Shown here: positions 37,601 to 49,557 of the stretch, one piece after another
How positions within the stretch are numbered: the first letter of the stretch is position 1
Layout: the number at the start of each line of letters is the position of its first letter
Assembly: GCA_043228905.1 (NCBI GenBank)
Contig: JBHGNT010000009.1
Coordinates: 4,774,001-4,838,000 of the forward strand
DNA: 64,000 nt
Reading direction: 5' to 3'
Source of the DNA: Azolla caroliniana
Lineage: Eukaryota > Plantae > Polypodiophyta
The notes under the pieces: model-generated
Seen by the model: only the letters and a program-made list of their open reading frames with translations
Told to the model about the DNA's origin: nothing
Databases searched by the model: none
Made by a program: the position numbers and the translations under genes

Positions 37601-39754
37601 CGTTAAGATTTTCATCCATAGGCGGAAACTGGGGTGGAAAGGGCAAGTCGGTGGTGTGCAACATGTGCACACTTATACTAGGAAATGGTGTATAGAAATA
37701 AGAGGGGAAATTTTATCCCACATTGTAAGGTCCCTCCCTCCTTGGGCTATAAAAGGAAGGGAGGGATCACTTATGAAGGGTTGCCTATTTTGCGTAGGAG
37801 AGGTACACCACTTAGTCTAGAGTTCTTACCGTTTTAGGGTTTTCCTTCGGTTAGGGTTTTCTCATAGTCGTTTGGTGCGGCCCATGCGGCCACCATTGTT
37901 GTAATCATTCGTTTCTTTTAATATATCTTGTTGAGTATCTTACCTCCGCCGATCTCTCCTTCTATGTGGTGATCTTATTCTTTCTGCTTCTCCTCTTGAG
38001 CTAAGCCTCCATATCCTATCTTATTCTTTCTCCTCTACTCCCTAGTCTGAGACCCTCGTGGTCCCGCCCCTTCTACATGTGCGCACGTAACGCGACACCG
38101 TTCTTCTTTGGTACCGTAAACCACTGGTTAGAGTAAGGGGCACTCGATGGTTCGAGGATGCCCAGCTCCACCTTCTGCTTAAGAAGCTCCATCAACATTG
38201 GCATGTGAGCTCTCGGTACTTGAATCGGTTTGAGACTCCATGGCACGTGCAGCACGGTAAAGATCACCATCGGTTCGACAATGGTTGGGTCGACGCATCC
38301 GATCTCTCCTAGTGAGAATGCGAAGGCTTTCCCATGCCTCTCGAGCATCCTTTTGAACCAGTCCTCTTCCGTCGGCAGTAGGAAGCCACCCCGACCGATC
38401 TTCAGCTCTCGTAGCATTTTGTCAGTGAAACGGTGTCCTATGACGGTCAGATCTCGCAAGCTCGAGTCGGTAGCGACCCCCTTTATTCGTTCCCAGCTAC
38501 CCTCCGGCAAGGGGGCCGCAACGGGCTTCACCTTCCGTCGGGTTCACCAAATATGTCGAGAAAATCCTCGTTGATGCGTAGAAGTTGGGCAGGACCACGG
38601 GGATCTTGAACCAAGGAATCAAGAAGTGAGGAAGAGTTTTGTTACCCGGCCAGCAAAGGAGTTAAAGACCAGAATGTGAAAAGGATTGTATATTCGGAAT
38701 CTATTATAATTAAGTAGTTTATGAGACGTGAACGGATGAACTAGAATCAATATGCCGATCCGGATCCGAACCGGTTCCGAACAGGTGCCGGTTGGCACCG
38801 TTTTGTACTCAACACCGGTGACCTATATAAAGGCCCAGTTACAATGTAAAACTTTGACGGATAATTAATAGAGCTTCTTGTTTTGTCCTTAAGTGTTGAT
38901 TATCGTTCTGTGCTAATTGTTCTATCATACACGTGTATCAAATCTAATGCCATATTGCTAAGTAACCAATTAAAGTCTGATTAATTGTTGAGTCTTAATT
39001 TATCTCGCCGTAGCACCCCTTTGGTGAAGTGTCTTCCGTAGACACCCTGTGTTAGGCCATTGTCCTGCCCTAAGGAATAACAAGTTTGTAGTTTACGTAA
39101 GCCCCGAGACCGCGGTTAAACAGAGAAGGTTAGCGAAACGAGAGAGAGAGTGTAAGAGGACCGCGTGTAGACACAGGCGCAGAAAGAGATTTTGAGAACA
39201 ACTTGAGTTAGGTAGATAAGTTTCTATTAATCAAAACATGCGCGTAGTGCTATGGGTAATTACAACCGGATCAGTGCCGGTGATAGTGCATAGAGCTCTG
39301 CAGTAGTTAGATGCAAAGGTACGTAGGCACGCAGAAGGTCAACCCCCCGGTCGGGAGCACTCGGGCGTCTGACGCGAGCAGGCGAAGCGCCTTCCGGTGA
39401 TACCTCGTAGGACTCGTCGTCCCTTCCTCTAGTTGTTTCTTTCTCCTCTCTACTTCACCCCCCCTAAAACAATCAAAGGTCGCCCCTTTTATAGCACAAG
39501 GAGCGACCGTTATAGAGCATTCATGACCTGTCGCTTTCCCTTCCTAAATTCTTCCCCCTGATTCACTCTCCTCATACCTCTCCCTCCTTACGCGATGTCT
39601 AAATCCCTATTAATGCCTTAACTACCTAGTACACCTTTTTCTACCTATGCCTAGTACTTACACTATTTAATTTACTAGGGGTGTGCACTCGTGCATACCA
39701 GTGTTCCTGCGCGTTTCACATTGTTTCCACCTATGGCCCGGAATCTTCACGACA
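34642..39754 (-). mobile_element. Ty3/gypsy element G2 nested in G1 RNase H; gag-protease absent
   Basis: 5' LTR 38554-39754 and 3' LTR remnant 34642-34914 match. PBS TGGTGAACCCGACG (tRNA-Trp) at ~38536-38549 is joined directly to KVKPVAAPLPEG. RT, RNase H and integrase fragments at 34964-38531. Confidence 0.88.
37598..38097. mobile_element. Solo LTR inserted in G2 RT
   Basis: TGTCG...CGACA termini and 4-bp TSD CCGT (37594-37597, 38098-38101). Removing it restores PKKNGTMCFIQD. Confidence 0.9.
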
Positions 39755-40075
39755 CCGTGTTGTCTTTTCCCGAGATATGTCAAACCTCCGGATTAAGTGA
39801 CTTTACATATGCAATCCATCTTAACATAGCCACATCTGGTACCGTGCAACATCGCATCATCCTGAGTAACGGAAGACAATCCGTTTCAATCACTACTTCA
39901 GCTCCGATCAAATAATCTTGATCAGATTTTATTGCCGACATGACTCCCCATAATTCTCTTTTAACGTGTGCATATCCGCATTGCCTTTCGTTGAGAACCT
40001 TTGCTCCGAATCAAATCGGGTATCGCGAACCATCCGAGTCGACTTGGTTGACGACCCATCCGATCCCGGTTGGAC

Positions 40076-40589
40076 TGTGATAATTGTACAGGTGATTGAT
40101 AACTGTGATAAGTGAGGGTGAAAGATGTAATGTGTTGATATGTATGTGTAATGTTATATGATTATGAGTGTGAATGTAAGTGTGAGTGTGGTGGATACAA
40201 AGAGGTGTGAGTGAGTGGTTAGGTGTGAATGCCCAAGGGGTTTGCAACCTTGTGTATCTCACCCTTTGTACCTATTTAACCCCTTATGGGGAATGAATGA
40301 AGACAATAACCATTTCTCTCTCTCTCTCTCCCTCTCTCTTTGAGATCTTTCTCTCTCTCCCTTCCCTAACGTTGAACCCCCTTGGGAGGGGGGTGGAGCC
40401 ATTCTAGGCACCACCCCCCACCATCATCATCACCATCATGATCTCTCACCATCATCATTCAATGCTTGTCTTGTTCTTCATGATCTCTCACCATCATCAT
40501 CACACATACATTATCAATCTACATGATTGTTAACTCTATTCCTATCTTTATCATTATCATCATTTACCCTAACCCTAAAACATACAACA
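40076..40589. mobile_element. LTR-like insertion in the G1 RT/RNase H junction
   Basis: TG..CA ends with TC- and CAT-rich tracts. It interrupts VTV(DT)SPTGIG, but there is no TSD and a few host bases are lost. Confidence 0.55.
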
Positions 40590-43500
40590 ACCGTTACTAT
40601 GATCTGTCGGTCGTAGTTCGGTTTCTTAAGTGCTTCTGCCCTTCGTAGTGTTTTCTTGAGCTCTTCATGGCTTTGGTATGTTCCAGTCTCCATTCGAACT
40701 TCTTACCCTTCCCGAACAAGTGATAAAGTGCGTTTGCAATGTGTGCATAGTGCGGAATCCATTTGTGAAAAAATGCACACGCACCAAGAAATCTACGAAC
40801 TTCAGATTGTGACTCGCATATTTCTTTCATAGCTTGAATCGCATCAATCTTGACTGGTGACGGTCTTCGGCCATAGGGCCCACATAGATGTCCGACTACC
40901 AATATCTCTCCTTGTCCGAATGCTGATTTCTCTCCGGAGAGTGTTAAGTGCACATCTTCTAACTTCTGTAGCACTTTCTCACAGTCGCGAATATGCTCGA
41001 CTACGAACTTACGACATCCCTGATCATCCATATTTTCATCCTTTTCTTCCGCCGCACATTCTTTCATTGGAATGTCGTCTAGGAACGGCATTGTTATCTC
41101 CGGGATGCAGTCTCGGAGCACCTTGTCCATCACATTCATCATATGTGTGACCAAGTTTGTCGCTCCTTGTGGTAGCATACACATCCGGACTAATTCTATC
41201 AGTGTCCACATTGTAGTGATATCTCGGCTTGCCACGGCTAGTTGGAATTGGTCATACGCGGAGTATAGGTCTCCAATGGAGTATATCGCACGTCCGGCAA
41301 ACGCTTCCGCAAATTCATCCACAATCAGACCGACTCCGGAGTTCCGAATCGTGACCTTGTTCACCAGCTGCAAATCTTGAATGAACCAGAGTGACCCATT
41401 CTTCTTTGGAACCGTAAACCATCGATTTGAGTATGGAGCATTTTATGGCTCTAGAATCCCCATCGCCACCTTCTCCTTGAGCAAGTCAATGATTTTCGGA
41501 ATATACGCCCGTGGCACCGGAATCGGCTTCAGGTTCCACAGCACATATTCAATCGTGAAGATCACCATCGGCTGCAAATGCTTTTCCATGTTGCTCCAAA
41601 ATCTCACGAAATCTTTCTTCCTCCTTCGGTAAGAGGAACCTATCTCCACCGATCCGGAGTTTCTTTCGGGTCTCATTTGTGAAGATATGTTTGATATCCA
41701 CGAACTTTCGAAGTGTTGGATCTCCCGAGACTTCTTTCCTCTTTTGTTCACTATTGGTTGGTAATGGTTCCGCATATGGTTTTACCTTCTTTTCTACGGT
41801 CTTATATTTCTTACATACCATTGCTTCTTCTTTGCGAAGCACATCCGGCCCCATTTTCAAAATGATCTCGTACAACCCAACCGATTCCACCTGAACTACC
41901 CAATCTTCTTGGCTATTCTCTTTCGCAAGCTCTTCAAGTCGTTGTAGTGTGTGCCCATAGAACACTTCTTCGACTACTCCAATGATTTCTTCATCCTCTT
42001 TTATGATTGATGTAGACCGTAGCTCATCCTGCATCATCTGGAGATCTTTCTTCATTTCTCTGGTCACGACCATGTACATAGATGCCCCATCTGGACTAAT
42101 CTGCAATTGTTTCGTTGCAAGAGTTTTCTTCTTGTGTGGGGTATCAAGGCTTCTCGGACCATCACTTCCCCACTGCGCAATAGTCCGCTTTAAACATCCA
42201 TTTTTGTTTGGGACAAGAGCTCTCTCTTGTTCTTTTTGTGATTTGATGCCACAGTTAGGAATTGGACGGTTTTCCCTCCGCTTTGGCTCCGAATCCGTGC
42301 AAAAGCCGCTCTGTTATCAAGCACCTATGTTTCCATCCGTGAAGCCGTGATAAAAGGTTGCTTGAGGATCATGGAATGTGAGACCTCATCTTGCATGAAG
42401 AAATTTTGGCCAATCACCACATCTCCAATCTTCGCCGTCACATCCAAACAACCCGCAAATAGGTCTTCCGTTGCTTTAGAGGTTGCCCGGATCTTCCATC
42501 CATGATTGGTGTTAATAGGCCACTTCCCCTTCTGGTAGAACTCCTTGGACATCAGATTGATCTCCAATCCATGATCAATCAATGCAACTACGGGCTCTTT
42601 GATGTTTCCAATTCAGACCGGAGTCTCCGTAGTTGCTCGTGCCCAGTGTGACTTTGCGTAGTGAGAGTTTGGAATCTCATCCTCCACTTCCGTGCCGTTC
42701 ATTACGGTATTCTCATTCACCCTTGGAGCATTTAATTCTTCCATAGCTTGCCTCTTTCTCTTCGCCAGGTTCACAAGGAGATCTTGGAACTCTTTCTTTG
42801 CTATTTCGAACAATTCCCGGAGAGAAAATTCCACCCGATTATCAAGAATTCTCTCTTCGAACACCTTCTTTAGATCCGTATGTTGTTCGATATTCAACGC
42901 GAGTTTGAATGCCAGAATAGTTTTCCCTTTTCCTTTTCCTTCAAAATTCCAGCTCTCCGGTGTCTTTGATGGTTTGGCCGCATCTGTGCACCGTCGTTTC
43001 TCATATACAAACACCTCATGTAATTGGCATAGGGCGTAAACTCTATTCTTGTCTACGGGGCACTCCCATCCCGTAGCTTCTCGGATGCCTTCCGCGGTGC
43101 TTTGAATCTCATTAGAGTCGGTTTTCTCAGAGATTTCTAACACTTCCGACCAGAAAGACGACTTCGCTCTAGATGTCTCTCCCACACATATTCCCGCGGT
43201 TGTCGCATAGTTGCTTTTTGCTGCAATCTCTTCCTCTAGGAACTTCTTCATGCAGCCCTTTCGGAAGTTCGGACGAAGTGGCTTCCGGGAGTCCATAAAA
43301 TGGATCTGATTTCCCTCGTAGTAGATGAGATCCCGTTGTAGAGCCTCCTTGTGCTCATCGCAATCATTCTGATCAAGTTCGGTGCTATCGCACCATATGC
43401 ATCAACGGTTCATATGCTTAGAACTCGTGGGACGGTCTTCCGATTTCATCACCATGGTAATCTTGAGATTTTCCATCTCTTTCAACAATTGCTCCACCGT

Positions 43501-43874
43501 GGTCACATCGATTCCCTTTTTGGTCATAGTCTCCCAAGGTCGTGGTTGGTGATCTTCCAATCCGGGTCTTGGTCTCGAGATTGGTTCTGATATTCTCTTT
43601 TCTTCGTTACCGACCAATTTCCCCCTCTTTGTGTATCACGCGACTATGTCCCGCATGTTTTCCCATATATTGGTGAGCCCACTCTCAGTAGTCGTATCCT
43701 CTAGAAGCACTCCAAGATCTTTCCGGTCCCGAACATGATCACTTTGTCTTGTGCGAGGATAGCTTGATCTCTCGTGGACATCCTCTTGAATCGACTTTCG
43801 AATGCCAAAAACACATCGAGGACCTTCAGCCCCTTGTCCAGTGTTTCCACCCAATCTTCGAACCTTCTCCGCGT

Positions 43875-44704
43875 TGTCGTGAAGATTTTCGGCAATGGTG
43901 TGAAAATGACATAAAAAGTACAAAATCGAGTATGAATCACATAAAACAATAATAGTGAATATACTAATTCTAAGTAAGTTTAATATCTTAGTACAAAAGA
44001 CGAAGATCTTCAAGAGATGCACTTTACTACATAAGAAACAGACATCTAAGTGTCAACTTATGTGGGTAAGAAGTTGCGAAAGAAAAAGAGAAAATTGTGA
44101 GGTATCCCACATAGACAAGACGAATAAGGCTCTCACCATATATAAGGTGGAGCAAAAGTTATTATCTTTGTGTCTATGTGTCAAGCATAGAGAGTTCAAG
44201 GTAACTTGAACTAAGAGTGGAGGTAGCCTAGCCACTCATAAAGGTTTTGGCCAACCAAAACCGGACCGGCGATGGAGCCGGTGATCCGGTGGCAGCCGAC
44301 AAAGCGACGGTGGCACACCGGCAACCGGTGATCTGGCGGAATTGTCATCCGACAGAGCCTGCGAGGCGACGGCATCCGGTGGCAATCGACGAGGCGGCAG
44401 CCACCGGTAACCGGCGGCATCCGACGACCGACGATAATCGGCAGCGACCAGCATCCGGCAAACCGGCGTCATCCGGCATCCGGCGACTAGATAAATAAAT
44501 ATATAAATATATATACATATACAAGGAAGGCAAGTAAGGATTCGAACCTTGCACCTCCAAGTTAGAAGTCAATTGGCTTACCACTAAGCCAAGATATTTA
44601 GTTGAAATTATATTTCTATCATTGTACTTTTACATATAAATTCTCATACATGCGAGCTAAAATGAGTGACATGGTTATCATGCACCACATGTAATACATG
44701 AGCG
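43875..44704 (+). mobile_element. Truncated LTR (TGTCGTGAAG family) inserted in G1 gag
   Basis: Homologous to the LTR starting at 58549; its start resembles the G2 LTR 5' end. It is fused to a copia integrase at ~44705. Confidence 0.75.
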
Positions 44705-47531
44705 TTCGTCAGTTTTATTGACAACTCAACTCGGAAGGTGTGGGCTTACCCTATCAAAACCAAAGATCGGGTGTTCTCGATCTTCTCTGAATGGCTTGCA
44801 ATGGTCAAAAATCAGACCGGTCGGAAACTGAAATGTCTCCGAACCGACAATGGAGGAGAATTCAAGTTTGAAGAATTCGTCAAATTCTGTTGGGAACGCG
44901 GCATTCGACATGAATATAGGGCACCCTATAGTCCAGAGCAAAACGGAATTGCTGAACGCATGAATCGGACGATTCAAGAACGCGTAGTATCCATGCTCCA
45001 ACACTCCGGACTATCGGATGGCTTTTGGGCGGAGGCTCTACTTACGGTAGTACACATAATATGTCGCCAAGTAGACCTCTAGGACTTCAAATACCTCAGG
45101 AAATATGGACCGGCAGTAAGCTGAATTATGACAAACTGACGATCTTCGGTTGCGAGGCGTATGCTCTCATACCGAAAGACGACCGCCGGAAACTCGAACC
45201 AAGGTCAAGGAAATGTGTTTTTCTTGGATATGGACCCGACAGCGAGATTGGATATCGACTCTGGGACCCCGAGCACAAACAAATCGTCCGAAGTTCGAAC
45301 GTCGTGTTCAACGAGTCGGCTATGCATCAAACGGACGAAAGGCCTATTGAAGACCGAAGGGTAATATTTTCCGAAGTGCCAACCCTTCATGACGGCCCAG
45401 CCCACCACACGAGATTGGTTTCACGGGTAACCGACAACTCTCGCACCGAATCCACCGATTCGGCACAGCCGAATGGCTCGGCTCCCGACCATCTGACATC
45501 GACACCCAGTGCGACTAGTCCAGTCATACCTCGCAGATCCGAGAGACTGTCGCAACCTCCGGAGAGGTACTCTCCCGGAATTTTCTTTACCGACGCCGAC
45601 GAACCGACATCTTACGAAGAAGCATCAGCATCTACCGATTCAGCCACATGGCATCTGGCGATGGAGTCGGAAATGCACTCCATTCGGGCAAACAAGACTT
45701 GGGACTTGGTCGAATTACCGAAGAATTGACGTGCTCTTCCGTGTAAGTGGGTCTATCGACTAAAAGAGACGTCCGACTCGACCACCCCAAAGTACAAGGC
45801 CAGATTAGTTGCGAAGGGATTTCGACAAGAATATGGCGTCGACTTCGACGAAATCTTTTCACCAGTGGTGAAAATGACGACCCTTTGTTTCATGCTCGGC
45901 GTTGTGGCCGCCGACAACTTGGAGTTGATTCAACTAGATGTAAAAACGGCATTCCTCCAGGAAATCTATATGGAGCAGCTGAAAGGCTTTGTGGCATCCG
46001 GCTAGGAACATCTAGTCTGCCGACTCAAGAAGAGTCTCTACGGCCTGAAACAGGCACCCCGACAATGGTACAAGAAGTTCGACGACTTCATCCAGTCGGT
46101 CGGCTTCTCAAAGAGCGATGAGGACCACTGTCTCTTCACCAAAACAGCTCAAGACGGGTCTCCCGTCTTCCTCATCATCTACGTGGACGACATGCTACTC
46201 TCTGATCGGCATGCCGGAGAGCTCACCGAACTCATTTGGAAACTACGGTTGAAGTTTGCCATGAAGAACCTCAGTCCGGCAAGACACATACTCGGTATGA
46301 AGATTAGTCGACATCGTGATACATGACAACTTTTCTTGTCTCAAACCGACTACATCGGACGTGTCCTGGAACGCTTCAACATTCACTCGGCCAAGTCTGC
46401 TTCAACCCCGCTCCCCATCAACCTTCGGCTATCTCGGCGAGACTACCCGACATCTGATCCGGAGGGGGAAGATATGAAGTCGGTACCGTATGCACCGACA
46501 GTCGGCTCCCTTATGTACGCGATGGTCGCGACACGGCCTGATATTTCTCACGTCGTAGGAGTCGTCAGCAAATTCATGCACAACCCCAGCCGATCGCACT
46601 GGAACGTAGTCAAGCATGTGTTCAAATATCTAGTTGGCACAAAAGACCACGGCATTCTCTTCGGTCCGAACTCAACCTCAGGCATAGTCGGTTACACCGA
46701 CTCAGACTTCGCTGGCTGTGTGGACAGTCGGAAATCAATAACCGGATACTGTTTCAAATTCGGCAATGGAGCAATCTCGTGGAAGTCAAAACTTCAAGCG
46801 TGCACAGCCACCTCAATGACCGAAGCGGCAAAAGAAGCTTTATGGCTCGGTCGGCTGGCGCACACATTTCGACAGGTCGACTCCAACTCAGCTCCAGTTG
46901 TCTACAGCGACAATCAGGGTGTTGTTACTTTGTCAAAAAATCCGGTTCACCACAACGCCTCTAAGCATATCGACGTTCGATATGACTTCGTTCAGGACTG
47001 CGTCATTTCAGGGAAAATCGGTCTCGAGAAGATATCCACAACCGATAATGTCACAGATGGAATGACCAAGTGTCTTTCGGCAGATCGTTTCCGGTCCCTT
47101 CGGCACCAGATGGGCGTAACGAAAAATCGGTCCGATTAAAGTCGGACACACAGCACAGGATGGTTTCGGACCACCAACATCAGTTCTCTGAGGATCGGCT
47201 TCAGCCCTTCTGACCCGACCGGTTCAGTCCTCTGTCTTCGGATCTTGCCGACTCTGACAAAACCGATCTGTCCGATAAACCTTTTATATATATACTTGTA
47301 ATTCTCTAGATAACCCATGTATATGCATATTACGGGGGAGTGTCGAATACGAGTGTATAATGGCCGTATTCACACTGTCCCTTTGGACAGACCAAGTTCG
47401 GGCTATTTCTGTAAATAGCATAAAGGGCAGTTGCCCTAGGATAGTCACTATATAAAGTGACTTTGTAACCTTTAGAAAAGGTTGGTTGTCATTTGTAACT
47501 GTTGCTATTGGAATATATTGTTTACTTTGTG

Positions 47532-47616
<85 letters not shown>

Positions 47617-47686
47617 ATGTCTATCTTGCTCGTGCATACACAGGTTCTTCTTCATCACGAATGTTGCTTGCACTTCCGCATTGACA
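44705..47686 (+). mobile_element. 5'-truncated Ty1/copia element C2 (Tork/Tnt1-like), integrase-RT-RNase H + 3' LTR
   Basis: LRTDNGGEF, YVDD, VPYAPTVGSLMYAM and KHIDVRY. PPT ending at 47340; LTR 47341-~47686 contains (CT)n. Confidence 0.88.
47535..47612. repeat. (CT)n microsatellite
   Basis: Uninterrupted CT run inside the C2 LTR. Confidence 0.97.
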
Positions 47687-49557
47687 GCCTTGTCCCCAAC
47701 AGAAACATCTGTTCGTGGCCGATTACACGGCCCAAATCAAGGAGATCTGCAACTCTCTCGCCTCCGTCAACGTGAATGTCGAGGAGGACGAAATGGTGCA
47801 GGTTTGTCTTGGAGGGTTAGCGTCAAAGTTTGGAGCATTCCGAACGGGATTCTGCACAAGGGAGAATATGCCTTCGTTCTTCGAGCTTCAGTCGATGTTG
47901 CTCGTGGAGGAAAATCACACGGGTGCGTCGACAAGTATGCACGCCGACGGTAGGATGTTGTACATGGAGAAAGATAGGCCCCATGTTCGTGGCAAATGAG
48001 GCGAATCGGCACGCAATGGACATGGCCGAAAAGAGTAGAATGTGCAGCATAATCGAAATGCCAGAAGCAATTCCGAACCCTTTGGAAGTAGGGGGAGCCA
48101 CAGCGGCGCCGGAAGCCGGCAAGAGAAGGTCGTGACGGAATGCTAGTACTGTGGAAAGAAAGGCCACAGGGAGAGCGAGTGTTGGAAGAAGAGAGTCGAT
48201 TCAGACAAAACCGGATCGAGCGGAAAAGACGCAGAAAGGCATCAGAGGTCGCACTACGCGGAAGGCTCTAAATGAGCCGGAAATGGATCAGACCCAACCT
48301 TCGTAATGAAGCACAAGGCCAATTTGATGGCCATAACCACCTCGAAATCAAGCGAGGTGTGGTATGTTGATTCCGAAGCATCGAATCATATGACGAGTCA
48401 CGAGGAATGGTGCTCGTACTTGGAGAAACCGGAAAAGCAAGGAGTAGTCGAAACTGGAGACGACACTCCGCATACCATCGAACATGTCGATAAAGTTCCC
48501 CTCAGCCAAGTCGGGCAAAAAGGGAAACTCATGAATGTGCTACACGTCCCAACAATAACCAAGAACCGTCGACCAGGAGATGCAAGTTCGATTCACACAT
48601 CTTGGGTGCTACATCAAAGAGGAAGGCAAGATAATCACTCAAGGGCGTCGTGAAGGAAGGATGTTCATTCTCGACACCAACCAAGCCGAAACCGAGTTGT
48701 TCGTGAAAGGACAGAAGGTCGAATCAGATATCGACTTGTGGCACAAGCGGTTCAGCAACGTTAACTTTCCACGGCTTCGTGAAATGTAGACGAAGAACAT
48801 TGTTTTCGGTTTGCCCAAATTTCGTGGTCGGAATGGCCAAGTCTGCGAAGCCTACCAACTAGGGAAGTAGCATCAACTTCCGTTGTCGTGCCTTTCGGCT
48901 CCGGATCGTTTGCGTGAGTCGGGTGGGAACCACCGGGGTTTTGGACTAGGAGAAAGAAAAATACAAATAAGGCTAGTAAAGAATAGGTATAAAGAGTTAT
49001 AAGATAAGAATCTCGTGAATCCCACGAGTTTAGTATATTTAGTCAATATTTAGGTAGTAAGAGAGAATTATTTTAGCAAATTCGTGAATCCCACGAATAT
49101 TTTAGATTGATTGATCATTATAGAAAAATAATCAACAAAAACTACAATGTGCTCCCCATCCTTATATAGTGATGGGAGAGACTAAGCATAGCTACATGCT
49201 TTTTCTAATATGTTCATGCACACTAAATGTGCATGTGATGCTTTTCTAATCCTTGCTTTTATTTGCTAAATATAGTGCTCATGCACGCTAGATGTGCATG
49301 AGTCACTTTTTAGTTGCTTGCGTTTTTCTATAAAATATTCACGCACTCTAAAAATACATGATTTACCTTTTTAATAAAGGTAGGCGCAAATAAAGCACTT
49401 ATAGTTATTAAATCTATTTATAGAACACTAAAGATAAGGTAGCATAATGGTAAAGTTGAGGTTTGGCTACGTGGAGGTACAAGGTTCGAATCTTACCCTA
49501 TGCACGTGATAAATATCTTGATATATTATTTTATTTATTTATATGTAATTAAATCGG

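Larger units (their letters stand above)
32387..43874 (-). mobile_element. Non-chromoviral Ty3/gypsy element G1 (Phygy-like), decayed, 5' end truncated, host to nested insertions
   Basis: 3' LTR 32387-33048 (TGTCG..AGACA) with adjacent PPT-like purine tract. Integrase at 33105-34640 (WFGPY). RNase H, RT (PFLDD), protease (IDHG) and gag at 39755-43874. Confidence 0.85.

Noticed and set aside
40076-40589. Candidate clean solo LTR supporting the SCGT target rule
   Set aside because: No TSD and different termini, so it was excluded from the target-site tally.
47284-47775. ORFs with RERE/SLSL runs
   Set aside because: Translations of the (CT)n microsatellite.
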